Both the position numbers and the translations under genes were made by a program. The notes under the pieces were generated by a model. It made no database searches, was not told the origin of the DNA, and saw only the letters and a list, made by a program, of their open reading frames with translations. A stretch of 64,000 nucleotides of DNA from Phoronis australis (taxonomy: Eukaryota; Animalia; Phoronida): NCBI GenBank assembly GCA_002633005.1, contig NMRA01000054.1, forward strand, positions 314,952 through 378,951, in the 5' to 3' direction. This document shows, in pieces, positions 12,101 through 23,438 of the stretch; the stretch's first letter is position 1; every line of letters begins with the position of its first letter.

Positions 12101-13814
12101 CAACCACGATAAAACCAGAAAGCATGCTTAATTCCATTCAGCTAGTAATAGGCATTTGCCCTTTACTCCGCTTTATTAGGGTGAGCAAAGCAAAACAGAA
12201 ATTTCATCAGAAACACTTGAAAGGAGTCTTAAATGGTAGTTTTAGACATGCCACTTATACAACTCTTTGAATTTTTTAAATCGGCTTGGCAGTTCTCGAG
12301 TTATTTAAACTTTATAGTGGCTAACAGAGGCTCATGTGATTCACCGGAAGCACGTCTATAACAGTCTAAAATTGTCTCCAAAGTCATGGTATGTGTCCAT
12401 GATAACTCACTGCATATGGCACATATGCATGCTTCATCCTAGATTCAATGTTATTCTCTTTATTTTGAAATGATTAACGCCTGTGGATGCCTCTTTGCTG
12501 TGCGTGAACTTGAAAAGCAGTTTAATCTCAAGATCGCGTATGTGTGAACTTGGAATTGAATATTTTTTAAGGCAAAAAGGTGAAATTTTTGTTCGGTGAA
12601 AAGAATTTTTGTAATTATTGGCCTCGCGATCAATCACTTTCTCCTTTACCGTAACTTGTGTCGCTGAACTGGAGGAAAATTTGAATGGCTAAATCGATTA
12701 TTGTTTGGTGAAACTGATCGCCCGTAGTTGTAACTTGATTTAGTGCGTAGCAAATTAATAATGAACATGAACGTGATTGTTTGAGTGAACTTCTCAAGTT
12801 GCCTCGCGTATTCAAAGTTTACGCAACACTCACTTCCGCTTAATCTTGGGATTAAGCAGGATTCCAAGTTCAAGTAGGCCTACAGCATTTTTACTACCTA
12901 GCTCTAGATCAAGTTTCATGACAAGGTCAAGGTGACGAGCAGGAGCATGTTCAACAGAATGAGCGCCTGCTAGCATGTACTCGCGAACACAAGGAACAGC
13001 TCCTGAACAGCTGTGAGCGCTCACTGTGCGATCCAGTATGGCGACTCTGAAGCAGATTGTGTTGAACGTCTTAGCCGATGAGTTTAACACTGCAGTCCTT
13101 CCTATTTCATACTGAGCGATGACTATGATTAATCTTTGCCAATATTAATATCGGCAGCCCAACACAAAAACTGTGAAGGCATTGAAACTACAAAAATCGA
13201 AAATTACGTCGAGGAAACTGTTCCTCGATACAGCAACCAGCAATTTAAGTCGCACTTTTGGATGAGTCAGTCAACTTTAGAGGTTAGTTTTCGTGTTGCA
13301 GAACCATAATGGGTTCATATGTTGCAGACGTGAAGCCTTCGCGGCAGGACGCCATCTTGGAAATCTAAGCGAACATGCTATCGAGGTTGTTTGCAAGCGC
13401 TCACGAGCGCTAACGTTAACACAGCTTTCAGGACGAGTTCGAGGGTGCTCAAATCGCTCGCGGGCGCTCACTCTTGAACACGCTTCTGAAGAACCGGTGG
13501 TGTGAAATTTCGAGGTCTATGTAAAGTTAACACACAGCGGTTCCTGGTTGTATTTTGACGTCAGTCATCATACAGCAATCTGACTCGTGAGGCGCGACAG
13601 GAAATTTCACTTTTCTCAGTCTCAGCAGACTCGACACAACATAACTCACAACTAAACAAGTCAAGAACAACGCAAGCAATGGAGCCTTGAGGAAGTGTAT
13701 TTGCACTAGTTACCTGCTCAAAACTTCCAGCTCTCTTGGACAACTGGCACCAGAGGATGTTGAAATGTATAAAATTAAAGAAGAGATTATGTATAAATGA
13801 GAATTTACATCCAT
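3019..13814 (-). CDS. IGF2R: Cation-independent mannose-6-phosphate receptor / IGF2R-like gene, 5' portion (8 exons: signal peptide, MRH domains 1-3, start of domain 4); continues left of the window
   Basis: Eight GT-AG exons with consistent phases (13714-13814, 9565-9844, 9015-9249, 7696-7901, 6282-6447, 5864-6056, 4428-4531, 3019-3174). The translation shows CIMR repeat motifs (DLSPL, YINVC, CxYxFxWxTxxAC). The domain-3 stretch [41 protein letters not shown] closely resembles vertebrate IGF2R as I recall it. Confidence 0.92.
3851..4036. repeat. 44-bp minisatellite, ~4.2 copies
   Basis: catt(c)(c/a)cagacaaccaatagaagcaggccagttgagccaacact starting at 3852, 3896, 3940, 3984, with a partial copy at 4028. 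Confidence 0.97.
4428..4531 (-). CDS. IGF2R: CI-MPR exon 7 (domain 3, carries the M6P-binding Arg)
   Basis: [34 protein letters not shown]; tgcag acceptor, gtaggt donor; phase 2 to 1 bridges exons 6 and 8. Confidence 0.92.
4600..5698 (-). mobile_element. Older diverged copy of the Helentron/HINE-like array
   Basis: Recurrent ccaaatttcatgaaaa / cactaggtggcgc subunits; degenerate 5' hairpin near 5655-5698. Confidence 0.6.
5864..6056 (-). CDS. IGF2R: CI-MPR exon 6 (domain 3, N-terminal half)
   Basis: [27 protein letters not shown]; phase 1 to 2. Confidence 0.92.
6282..6447 (-). CDS. IGF2R: CI-MPR exon 5
   Basis: [31 protein letters not shown]; not in the ORF track; phase 0 to 1. Confidence 0.9.
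6926..7137. repeat. 30-bp minisatellite, ~7 copies
   Basis: catattaggcaattataagatatcatggtc repeated head to tail. Confidence 0.97.
7696..7901 (-). CDS. IGF2R: CI-MPR exon 4
   Basis: [36 protein letters not shown]; phase 1 to 0. Confidence 0.88.
9015..9249 (-). CDS. IGF2R: CI-MPR exon 3
   Basis: [50 protein letters not shown]. Confidence 0.92.
9565..9844 (-). CDS. IGF2R: CI-MPR exon 2 (domain 1)
   Basis: [25 protein letters not shown]; ctag acceptor, gtaagt donor. Confidence 0.88.
10963..11196. mobile_element. MITE (CAGTGGCGGATCT-type termini)
   Basis: CAGAGGCTGATCTAC...GTAGATCTGCCACTG; the right part is the reverse complement of the copy starting at 23833. Confidence 0.72.
11800..12145 (-). 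mobile_element. tRNA-derived SINE with a second, more decayed head in tandem
   Basis: Minus-strand A box TGGCTGAATGG and B box GGTTCGATTCC at ~11940-11998; decayed repeat of the head at ~12080-12145. Confidence 0.6.
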
Positions 13815-14410
13815 TGTCGAACCCGAACGTATATAGTATACACTACTACTGTTTCACATTTCGTTTACACTTTCGTTGCGCACATCAGCTGCGCATGCAC
13901 ATGACCCTCATGTGACTGAGCTTATGTGCTCGACCAAAAGGTAGCGCTGCTGTGTGTGAACTTGGAATCAAAGACGTCTGTCTGCATGGAATCCTGCTTG
14001 TTTGGAACTTGCAGGCTCAAGATCACGTTTGCGTGAGGGAATACAAGAGGAAACTTGAAATTTCACTTGAATAATTACGTTCACTTTGAGAAAAATTTGC
14101 ACTGTGCTTATTTAAATTACACGTTAATAAAATAAAGTAAATTTTAACCATCCGTAACTATATTCACATGAGGCGATTTTACTCGGCACGGTCTCAATAA
14201 TTGATAAACCCGGCCGCAGACGCAGGTTACGGCAAAGGAGGAAACGGGTGATTGTGAGGCCAATAATTACAAAAATTCTTTGTACCAAGCAAAAAATCTC
14301 ACCTCATTGACCTAATGAATATCCAATTCGAAGTTCACGCATACGCGATCTTTACTGAGGCTGCAGGCCTAGGATTCCAAGCCAACGGCACAGAAGCGCT
14401 CTGGTTAAAT
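12460..14410. repeat. Diverged nested inverted-repeat (foldback-like) structure
   Basis: ~12460-12880 is inverted relative to ~13950-14410 (e.g. aagaatttttgtaattattggcctc / gaggccaataattacaaaaattctt); ~12945-13050 is inverted relative to ~13345-13480 (tgttcaa..gagcgcc..cctgaa.agctgtg..atggcg). Confidence 0.72.
13714..13814 (-). CDS. IGF2R: CI-MPR exon 1 (start codon and signal peptide)
   Basis: [33 protein letters not shown]-ag|gtaact; hydrophobic signal-like peptide; its phase 2 matches exon 2. Confidence 0.75.
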
Positions 14411-17400
14411 GACGATAGGTCTCTGCTCTGGTTCTCACTTCAGCTTTGTGCTGAGCATGAAGTAGTAACTGCAAACACCCACTTGATGCAGCTTATATTA
14501 CCATAAAACCTGTTAGGCCCTATGTGAGGCCATGGCCCTATCAGGAAATCGTCAATGCGACTCACTGTACCGCAGTTCCAGGGCCGGGTTTAGGGCTCCG
14601 ACGTCCCTGCGCGCTAAGTACACCGACTTCCAAGAAACTCCATTGTAATTTGCTAAAACATCAGTGATTATAGTCCTGAGCAGGGAAGCTAGGGAAATTG
14701 GTTTTGCTGCCGTATAGATCACTGAGACTGGTCCAGACCATTAGTTTTCGGCTAACCCGGGGTTTCATTATTCATTTTGCCAAGTAAATTTCAAATAGCA
14801 TGTTTGAATAATTCGAGGAAGGGACGTGGTTAGATTTTTGACTTTTGAAAATCAGACAACTGAAAAATTTGACTATTATAACCTAAATATAAAAAGTAGT
14901 CCACATCCAAGGGACATATAAACCAGCAGCTTGAAATTGAGGAAAGCCCGGCAAGTCTTGTTACCACGAAAAGTTGCTGGATAGGTGGCGCCGCGGTGAC
15001 GAACGTTCGTGACCCTAGCTTGCACTTGACTAAGAGCTCGAAATCAATTTAGCCTTTCTCACTGGTTCTATTTCGTGATATAAAAGGATGGTACGTTATT
15101 TCGTCACTGCGTCGGTGACCGGCTTTGTGTAATTGTGTTATCTTCAGTTCCGGTGTTACTTTACTCTTCTTCAACTTCGGTTCAGATTTCATCAAAAGCT
15201 TTAATTCGTCTTATTCAACATGGACATATTTCAAATTATTTTGATGTTGGTTGCGATTGCAAACAAGGAGACCCTCTATCACTGCATTTGTTTATTTAGT
15301 GAGTTGAAATTATGGTAACATTGTTTCGGCAGAATGACAAAATGAAATAACTAAAATTAAAAATTATTCAACTTGCAGACGATGCAGTTCTTTGTCTGAA
15401 TGGTTGGAATTTTTCTCGGTCGTCTGGATCATGTTCATAGCTATTCCGGATTAAAATCAAATCTAGACAAACTTGTTGTATCTGGTTTGAATACATGAAG
15501 CTAGATAATAAACGTGCATGATGAAAACAAACTTTCATGGTGCACGGACTCGATGTTAGTTTATCTAGCATGATTTATTGAATTATAACGAAGAAAATAA
15601 AAAAATGCAATAATTTAACAACTTGGTTTTGATAGATCTTTAACCCCCTTAAGACGTATTATTGTAGTCAAGTGGTTCATCTTCTCTCTGCTCTCCCTTT
15701 ACCGTCAGATGAAGTTATCGACCTTCTAAAGAGGCTATTTTACAATAATATTTGGGGAAATACACCACACAAAATGAAAAGGATGAATTTATTTCAGAGT
15801 TTTTAATGGGGCTGTTGTAGACTGGTGCATTTTAGATCATTTATTGACTTTTACTTAATTAAAAGATTGGTATTAGCTCAGGATGTTGTTTGGAAAGCTA
15901 CATGTATGCTGACATGGTGCCATGAAATGAAATTTTCGTAAGTTATGTTACCGAAATGTATCCAACGGAACAAAAAATGTTGGCAAAAAAGTTTTTAGTC
16001 GAAGAAATGTCTGGTGCCTGTCAACCCCTTAAGAACCTATTTGGTTCAATCCGCTGTTTTTATAGAAAAAAATATGAACAATGGTACAGAAAGAGCATAA
16101 CGACATTTTATATTCCAATGGAAAGTGTGGAGTGAATGGAACCATTTCAACTGGACTTACTTGATATGCCTGGATGGATCAAGACTTGCACTTCATTATT
16201 CCAATGGAAACCTCATGACATTTGGCCAGTTTTTTACTTTGTATGGATTTTTTCCACTGTCCAGTTTTCCTGGAACGTTATCGTCCTAGTTTTGCTTGGA
16301 CTATGGTCAGTTGTGATAGTGTAAAAAATTTGTTCATACTCGTTTCATTATGTCATTGTATAAAACAAAACGTGTAATTAGATGGGAAAATTGTTTAGAT
16401 GGGCGTAAGTGTAATATCTTGACAGTTAATTTTACTAAAGATACAAACTTGAAGTTGTTTCAAATAAGGTTTAGTCATTGACGTTTTATACAAATAGTTT
16501 TTTAACTAAGATTGGTGTAATAATTTCTCAGTTGTGTATATTTTGTAATAATGAGTCTGAAGATTTTATATACTTATGTTGGTCTTTGGTTCAAACTTTT
16601 TGAGTAACTGTAAATGGATAAATCTCTTGAACTTCCATGGGGTACTGTTTGACAAAAATAAGACAGAAAACGTTATCAATTTGGTCGTACTTTTTGGTAA
16701 AATATCACATTTATAAGGCACGATTAAAATGTAATGTTCGTTACTTGCAGTTACTAAAAAAGAAAATTCCAAATACCGTAAAATATAATTTACTGTAATA
16801 ATTGGCAATACGTATTATTTTTTTTAAAGTGGACCTCTATGATTCAAATGGTTAAGTATACTTATCTTTTTCAATATTTGTTGATCCGGGTGTGGCTGTG
16901 AAGTCTGTGTGCAACACTAGGGTGTTGCTATTTTCGTAATATAAAATGTTATCATATTTAATAAACTTCTTATAAGAAAAAGAACATGAAAACCATCAGT
17001 TGCCGGCCGACGGTCGACTTCCAATTACATCGCTGAAATTAGCTGCTGACCTTAACAAGTGTTCAAATGTTTCACAGTGATACGAAACACAACACCGCAA
17101 ACACGAACGCTGCTGAGAACGAAATATGAAAAGTGGGGTTAACTTATCTCTTTCCAATTATACGTAATTCGCCATGAACAAAATAGTTCCTAGCTAATCA
17201 ACCTTGCATTTATTGACAATTAAAAGAGTTACCGGCATTAATGTTCTTTGTTATTTTTTATATCTTTAGTTTTGTTTTGGTTAGATAAACAGCCTTCCGC
17301 ATCTGCAGAAAAATACCAAAGAAGATTGACCTCAACGTAATCCATGTTGATCGAAACGTCCATTGCACCATCAGCACCTGAGTAATCTTTTTATGGTTAC

Positions 17401-19029
17401 ACAGATCTCGTCACGAGAAGAATCCCTCACTGGGCAGGCGTCTATCGATCCGACAGATTAAAGTAGAAAATGTGATATTTGTTTCAAATTGTTTTGTACT
17501 GCAAGGTTTAAACAGCAGGCTCGGCTTCTATTCGAGACGTACAGCTGTTCACATAATCCTCTATCTTGCTCCTTTTAAATACCTTTGTCTAGTTACTAGG
17601 TGAAAAGTTACGGAACAAAGTATTTTCAGGCTAATCCAGAATCTCTTATTTTTCGAATTCGTTCAAGTTTCCATCCCTATGCACCCGTTGCAAAGTGACG
17701 AAGTGCATGCGCATAAAAATATCAACAAACATGAAGGCAGGTGACGTCATCAGGAGGTGAGACAACAAAGATCACGTGGTCAAAAATCAACTATGCCGTA
17801 GAAGTCTCGGTGACTGTTTAGGGCAATGTAAATACTTCCATGACAACAGAGCAGGTGGCAGTGTCTAATATTAGAATTTACAGACAATTAAGATTTAAAA
17901 ACATTTTCAAACACTTATTAATTGCCAAAGGATATAAATAGTGCGTTCTATATTTAGCACGCATTCGTCACGTCAGTACGCAACACACTAGTATTTGCAT
18001 TTTTCTTGTATTGTTTGAATGTGTCTGAGAGAAGTGTTGTTTGCAATCTGCTTATGAACGAGTGGCTACCCTATAGCATAATGTTTGGTATCAACTTCTT
18101 AAAAATACACAACAGGTGTTAAGTAAACAAAACTTAGGAAACTCTAATAGACTTATACTTAGTGAATAAGGGATCCCTGACTGAGAAAGAAACTACGTGG
18201 GAACCAGCCCCTAACAGTTGACTTGTTTCACGGTTTATGTATTTTTCGCAGAGGTGCGGATTACCTGTTCAGGATGTATTGATGTGTCATATTCAGGATA
18301 CTGACAAATACCAACCAAGCCACTGAGTTTATTGCTCTGGTTTTACTGATAAATCCATCGTCGCCATAAGTGCTGTGTATAGATTTATTTTATTATTACT
18401 TAAGGTTTGCTGCCACCCAAGTCAAGCATCAGTCACGAAACCAGCGCCTAGTGAGGTACCAACGCCCTGTGAAGTATTCGAAAATCCATTTCTAGTCATG
18501 AAAACACAGAAATCACCGAACTAATAAATCAAAAGAAAAAACGAACATAGAAATAATTGGTGACATCCGGGTATGGTTTGGAAGCGAATACAACTGGTGG
18601 CAACGTCCTACCAACCGGGTGAATAGAAGTTATCTAAGACCGACGAAAATAAATTCTGAGTACACTACCTTTTTGAGTGAACAGATTGATCAAACTTTTC
18701 TACCCGAAACTACCATCTTGCATACCAGGACAACCTTACGTGAACCAATCGTGGCAGAACAGATAATACGTCTCAGCTGCGAAAGGTAAAAGCTGGCTGA
18801 GTACATTGTGTTTACACATTCAAAAACCTTCACCTTACTTTAACTATACATTGGAGTACAATGGCCCCAAATTCCAAGGTCCCCTACACACGTGTCTTTG
18901 ACAATAAGGCAATCAGTTTCTCGCCTAATTGCTAAAGTTTTCCCACCACACTCGGTAGCTGTCATTTGTTCAGCTTAAAAGATCAATATTTACAACTCAC
19001 TGAGATCCCACAACGGTTGTGACGAAATA

Positions 19030-19210
19030 CGACCATTGTCCAATCAGAGGCCTGTCCGCTTTTACACCCGTGTCGATCGCGAGACTGGCACGTTCCGTTA
19101 AAAACCCACGAATACGCAAATAAATTTTGTTTCTCATTCTTTCATTGGGCGTGTGTGACGTGGTTAACTATTGCTAAGATACAATCTTCAGGACACTTTT
19201 CTAAGCACAG
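19030..19210 (+). promoter_or_regulatory. Putative promoter / non-coding first exon of the ASC-like gene
   Basis: CCAATCAG near 19040, ATTGG and TGACGT near 19145-19160, followed by a strong donor cag|gtaagt at 19211 and a matching acceptor just before the ATG. Confidence 0.45.
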
Positions 19211-20242
19211 GTAAGTTTTTTTGTGATTGCGCCAAGGTGTGAACTATAGACCGAAAAAGATGTCAACATAAAATGATCAATAAAAATGGAAGTCTTTTCA
19301 TTGGTTAACATTCTGTGTTAATTTCCGTATTTCAGGCATATTAAGAAAAGAAACAGCGCACGGAAAAGCTGTGCAGATTACATTTAACATGAAATTTGAC
19401 TTGTCGGAAAATATTTTTTCTCAACAGATATTTCTCCTAATTTGAAAATGCAAAGATATACGGTCTATTAGACTCCTTAATTAGAAGTGCTTTTATAATT
19501 AACAGCACCTTTGTTTAAAACCCGTCGGTTCAAACGTGAGCATCATATTAAAACTTAAGTTTCTGTAAAAGTTGACGTTAAATTATTTTCTAAACACCAG
19601 AATCCTTTCTTTTGTGCCTTTGTCATAGTAACAGAAACGATCAAAAGTTTTAATTTTTTTAACTTCCTATTTGTCTTATTTACCAAAAAGTCACAAAATA
19701 AGACAAATAGGAAGTTTTTGTTGTAAATTCAGAGTTATTTTGATTGACGCTCATCCTTGATCACTATTTGAATCAACCAAAGTATATCTTTTTATCCCGT
19801 GACACAGGCCGACGAAATTTCCCGATTACAAATAACCATAATAAGAAAAATGTTTTATTACAGAAAGCGGTGATTGAGGAAAAGGTAAACTTAACGATCT
19901 CTGTTCCATGATATAAACTACTTTGCATTTCTACGCTAAACCATTCAAGCTTTTGTAGAGTAAAAAGTTTGTCGAAACATCAGGTTTACTTGGGCGATCC
20001 ACCTAATGCTAGGTTGATTCAAATCAATGACAATTGATCTCAGTTTCTTCCAGTAATAAACCATGTGCGGAGCAGCACTGAAAACAGCGGAGGCTATAGC
20101 TCCCCCCCCCTCGACCCCCTATGGTGCGCCGCCCATGGAAGCCAATTTTTATCACTTTGAGTTGGTAACAATTTAGCAACCAAATTCCTGTTTAGAATGC
20201 AGCTATTATGCATCATATGGAATTTCTTTTATGTTTTTCAGG

Positions 20243-20995
20243 ATGAATTCCCCTTGTCAAAGTTTCATTCAATCTATAGTTGACGGGAACTCCTGGCACG
20301 GTACTGACGCGTTCGCTGAGTATTACCTACCCAGTGACAGATATTCGACAGAAACTTCAAACGTTGCATCTTATGATGGAGTGGAAAATCATGTGAGTTC
20401 TGTTGGTGAGCATAACACTTCAACAACGTCACCTTTTTACACAGAGATGACCTGTCCACCCTCAGCTCCAGCGTACAACAGCGAATATAAAGGTATCTAT
20501 TGCCGTAACTCTTGCATGATGCATGAAACTACAACTTTAGTGGCGAATTCCTGTTCAAGGTTCGGTGGTGACTCAGCTTTAACCTTTCCTGAGACTTCAT
20601 TTTCCAGCTCGAACTCAGACACTTACAGCAGCGAAGAAGACGCACTACCACTCAATCCATTCTCACCCAGCAATCGCATACCATTGCCTGAAATCGAAAG
20701 TGATGAGCAGGAACTTCCAGTCACCGTTCATAGACGCAACGAACGGGAACGCGAGCGCGTGCGATGTGTTAACGAAGGTTATGATGAGTTGAGAAAAAGT
20801 CTGCCGCGCTTGAAAACGATAAAGAAACGAGTAAGTAAAGTAGAAACTTTGAAGGCAGCTGTGGAATACATTAAAGAGCTACAAGAACAATTGGGACTAA
20901 AAGTTTCACTTCCGGGTTTCAATGTCAGTTCCAAACACACAGGCGGGGCACCGAAACAACGCCGATCTTCTTATAAGCAAAAGAAATTTCAATAA
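20243..20995 (+). CDS. Achaete-scute-like bHLH transcription factor (ASCL3/4/5-type, 'ASCb'), 250 aa, single coding exon
   Basis: bHLH domain RRNERERERVRCVNEGYDELRKSLP..KRVSKVETLKAAVEYIKELQ; RVRCVNEGY is typical of ASCL3/4/5 rather than ASCL1/2. The acceptor ttttcag|G at 20241 places the ATG at 20243. Probable non-coding exon donor cag|gtaagt at 19211; AATAAA at ~21429. Confidence 0.9.
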   Translation: MNSPCQSFIQSIVDGNSWHGTDAFAEYYLPSDRYSTETSNVASYDGVENHVSSVGEHNTSTTSPFYTEMTCPPSAPAYNSEYKGIYCRNSCMMHETTTLVANSCSRFGGDSALTFPETSFSSSNSDTYSSEEDALPLNPFSPSNRIPLPEIESDEQELPVTVHRRNERERERVRCVNEGYDELRKSLPRLKTIKKRVSKVETLKAAVEYIKELQEQLGLKVSLPGFNVSSKHTGGAPKQRRSSYKQKKFQ

Positions 20996-21587
20996 ACAAA
21001 ATAAAAAATACACGGAATGTCAACATTAACTACAATGTGGGGCAAGTTGCAATAATGGCATTAGTGCGAACACGAGCCGAACAGTTTTTGGTTACGTTTA
21101 GATGTACTGTTTATTGGGTCGATTATGACATGCAAATGTTGTGCAATTATTCAGATTAGTAAAACATATGTTTGAACAGCTTATATATAATTAGTGAAGT
21201 GATAACGTAGAACTTGATATTTAAACCATGGATTTGTATTTTATTTTTAATGTAAACAGTTGCAGCCACTTTATTTTATATTTTTTGTCATTTATGCCAT
21301 TTTGTTAATTTTATTTTGAATGTTGTACGATGTTGAGAAATCATTGTTACTTCTTAGTCGCATGTCTTTTAATGTACCGATAACTGTTTTTGACGTCATT
21401 GGTATGCAGTTTACTGAAATTTGTTGTTAATAAAAATGTGATTTTGTCCCATTTCTTTTTATTAACTACCTCTCATTTCACGACTGACTTCGACTGAAAC
21501 GAGCTTAACTACTCACAGCTCTGTATTACAAAATTAGTCCTCGGTATCCGAATGAACGACATATCGACGACATTAAATAAATAGATA

Positions 21588-21643
21588 CACACACGCACAC
21601 GCACACGCACACGCACACGCACACGCACGCACACACACACACA
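21588..21643. repeat. (CACACG)n / (CA)n microsatellite
   Basis: Read directly from the sequence. Confidence 0.95.
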
Positions 21644-21831
21644 AATGTGTCTGTGTGTGTGATACTTTTATAAATTGACACCCCAGATATAATGATTTCT
21701 GGCAATTTCTTAGATTAAAACTCCAATTATTGTACAATACTTTTCATGGTAAACGCTTATATATGACGACTGTTCAATCAACACCAGGCAGTTTTTCGCA
21801 AACTTCTCTGGGACAGTTACCACTAAAAAGT

Positions 21832-22081
21832 CATGGACGCAGCCAGGGGGGAGGGGCTCGGGGGGTAAAAACGAGCCCCCAAATTAGGCGAATTGGGCAA
21901 AAAGGTCCGCCTCAGTGAAACAATAAGTCCGAGCATTAGTGACAAAAGTCCACAAAGTCCACAGGAATTCAGCGCGGATGCACAATTCAACCTAGTGGCC
22001 CCGCTGATTTGTTTCAGCAAAAGGTCCACATTCCAAAAAAATCGAGCCCCTTTATATTTTAGGCTGCTGGGTGCGCGCATG
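21832..22081. mobile_element. MITE with CATG termini
   Basis: CATGGACGCAGCCAG / CTGGGTGCGCGCATG imperfect TIR (12/15); G-run interior. Confidence 0.55.
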
Positions 22082-23207
22082 TAAGTTGCAGACAATAGTG
22101 TGCTTGTAATTTGCATCTCTGTCAAATTCAGGACTTAGGAGAAAGCTCAGGGGGTCCGAGTCTCTCTTTACGGCGAAAAATAGAAAAAACGCCGTCAGTA
22201 CGCCGTTTTTGGGACTTACGCGGTTATTTTCTCCGCCTCTCCTTACGACTTGCTAAATCTGTTAGTGTATATTCTCAACTCAACTGCAGCTTGTGTCAGT
22301 CCCATTCTGTATAATATCTGTCAACACATATTTTTCTTTCTAGCTGGTACTTCGTTTTGGGTGCGATTATTTTTTATAAAAACTTGACGTTTTTCTTACA
22401 TTTTATGGTAATCGATTAATGTAAATATTTTCCTTACACAAATTTCTATTTGTTATGAACATAAATGACTCCCTTTTAGTTTCAACCTTTGACAGAGTGA
22501 ATCAGAAAACAACGATAGGACGAGCAGATCTGTAAATATAATTTTCAAAATTAATGTCCACACACAAATGAGCTATTGGTCTTGCGTATGTTGGCATTTG
22601 GTGTTCTACGACATCGATTTCAGTAAATCATTCAAAAAGAATACTTTACAGTTATACAATTGTCATTATTAATATCATTATCACAGTGCTATTACTATTG
22701 TAGTTCCGGTTGTTATTTTTATTGTTATTGTTGTTATAGCTTTGCACTATTACGTGACGTGTCCTGAGAGTCCACTGTGCAAATCATAAAAACAGGACCG
22801 CGTCGGTGAAAAGTAATATCCTGAGATCAGCCTAACTCGCTAATGTCAAAATATTTTTGGAGGTTCCATAGTTTGCCAAAAAGCCATGAACAGTCGTTGT
22901 TTCACGTCATTGACTAACTTTTATAACATTTCAACATGTTTTTTCATTTCAAATAAGAAATAATTTAATGTAAAAAATCTTGATGTTAGTGTTGCGTTTT
23001 TTTGTTGAAGTCGTTTAATAATAGCACGACATCAAAATTTATAGTGAGTTCGTTTAGGTGTGACGTCATTCACAATCCCATCAACATAACACGATTGAGT
23101 AAAATGTGGCGGTGGAATGGTGACTTTGAAACATGTGTGTTTTTGAAACGGCCAAATGGTGCATTATTGTGTGGCGCTGCTTGAGCGAAAATAGCTAACA
23201 AATAAAC

Positions 23208-23400
23208 AGAATACGAATAGAATACGAGTAGAATGCGAGTAGAACGCCAATAGAACGCGAACAGAACGCGAATAGAATGCGACTGAGTAGAATGCGACTG
23301 AGTAGAATGCGACTGAGTAGAATGCGAATAGAATGCGAATAGAATACGAATTGAACAGAGAAGCAGAGCAGAGTAGAGCAGAGCAGAACAGAATAGAATA
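23208..23400. repeat. Degenerate GAATA/GAATGC 5-, 10- and 15-bp simple repeat
   Basis: gagtagaatgcgact x3 flanked by gaatagaatgc-type units. Confidence 0.85.
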
Positions 23401-23438
23401 ACGTAAAGTTTATTATATATATCGGATGCGGGGTTACA

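Noticed and set aside
12830-13743. Short ORFs in the CpG-rich inverted-repeat region as genes
   Set aside because: No recognisable domains; they fall in repeat arms or CI-MPR intron 1, and the spliced signal-peptide exon explains the coding signal.
20231-20242. Upstream ATG at 20231 as the start of the bHLH ORF
   Set aside because: It lies within a pyrimidine tract ending in a canonical cag acceptor at 20241; ATG 20243 is more plausible.
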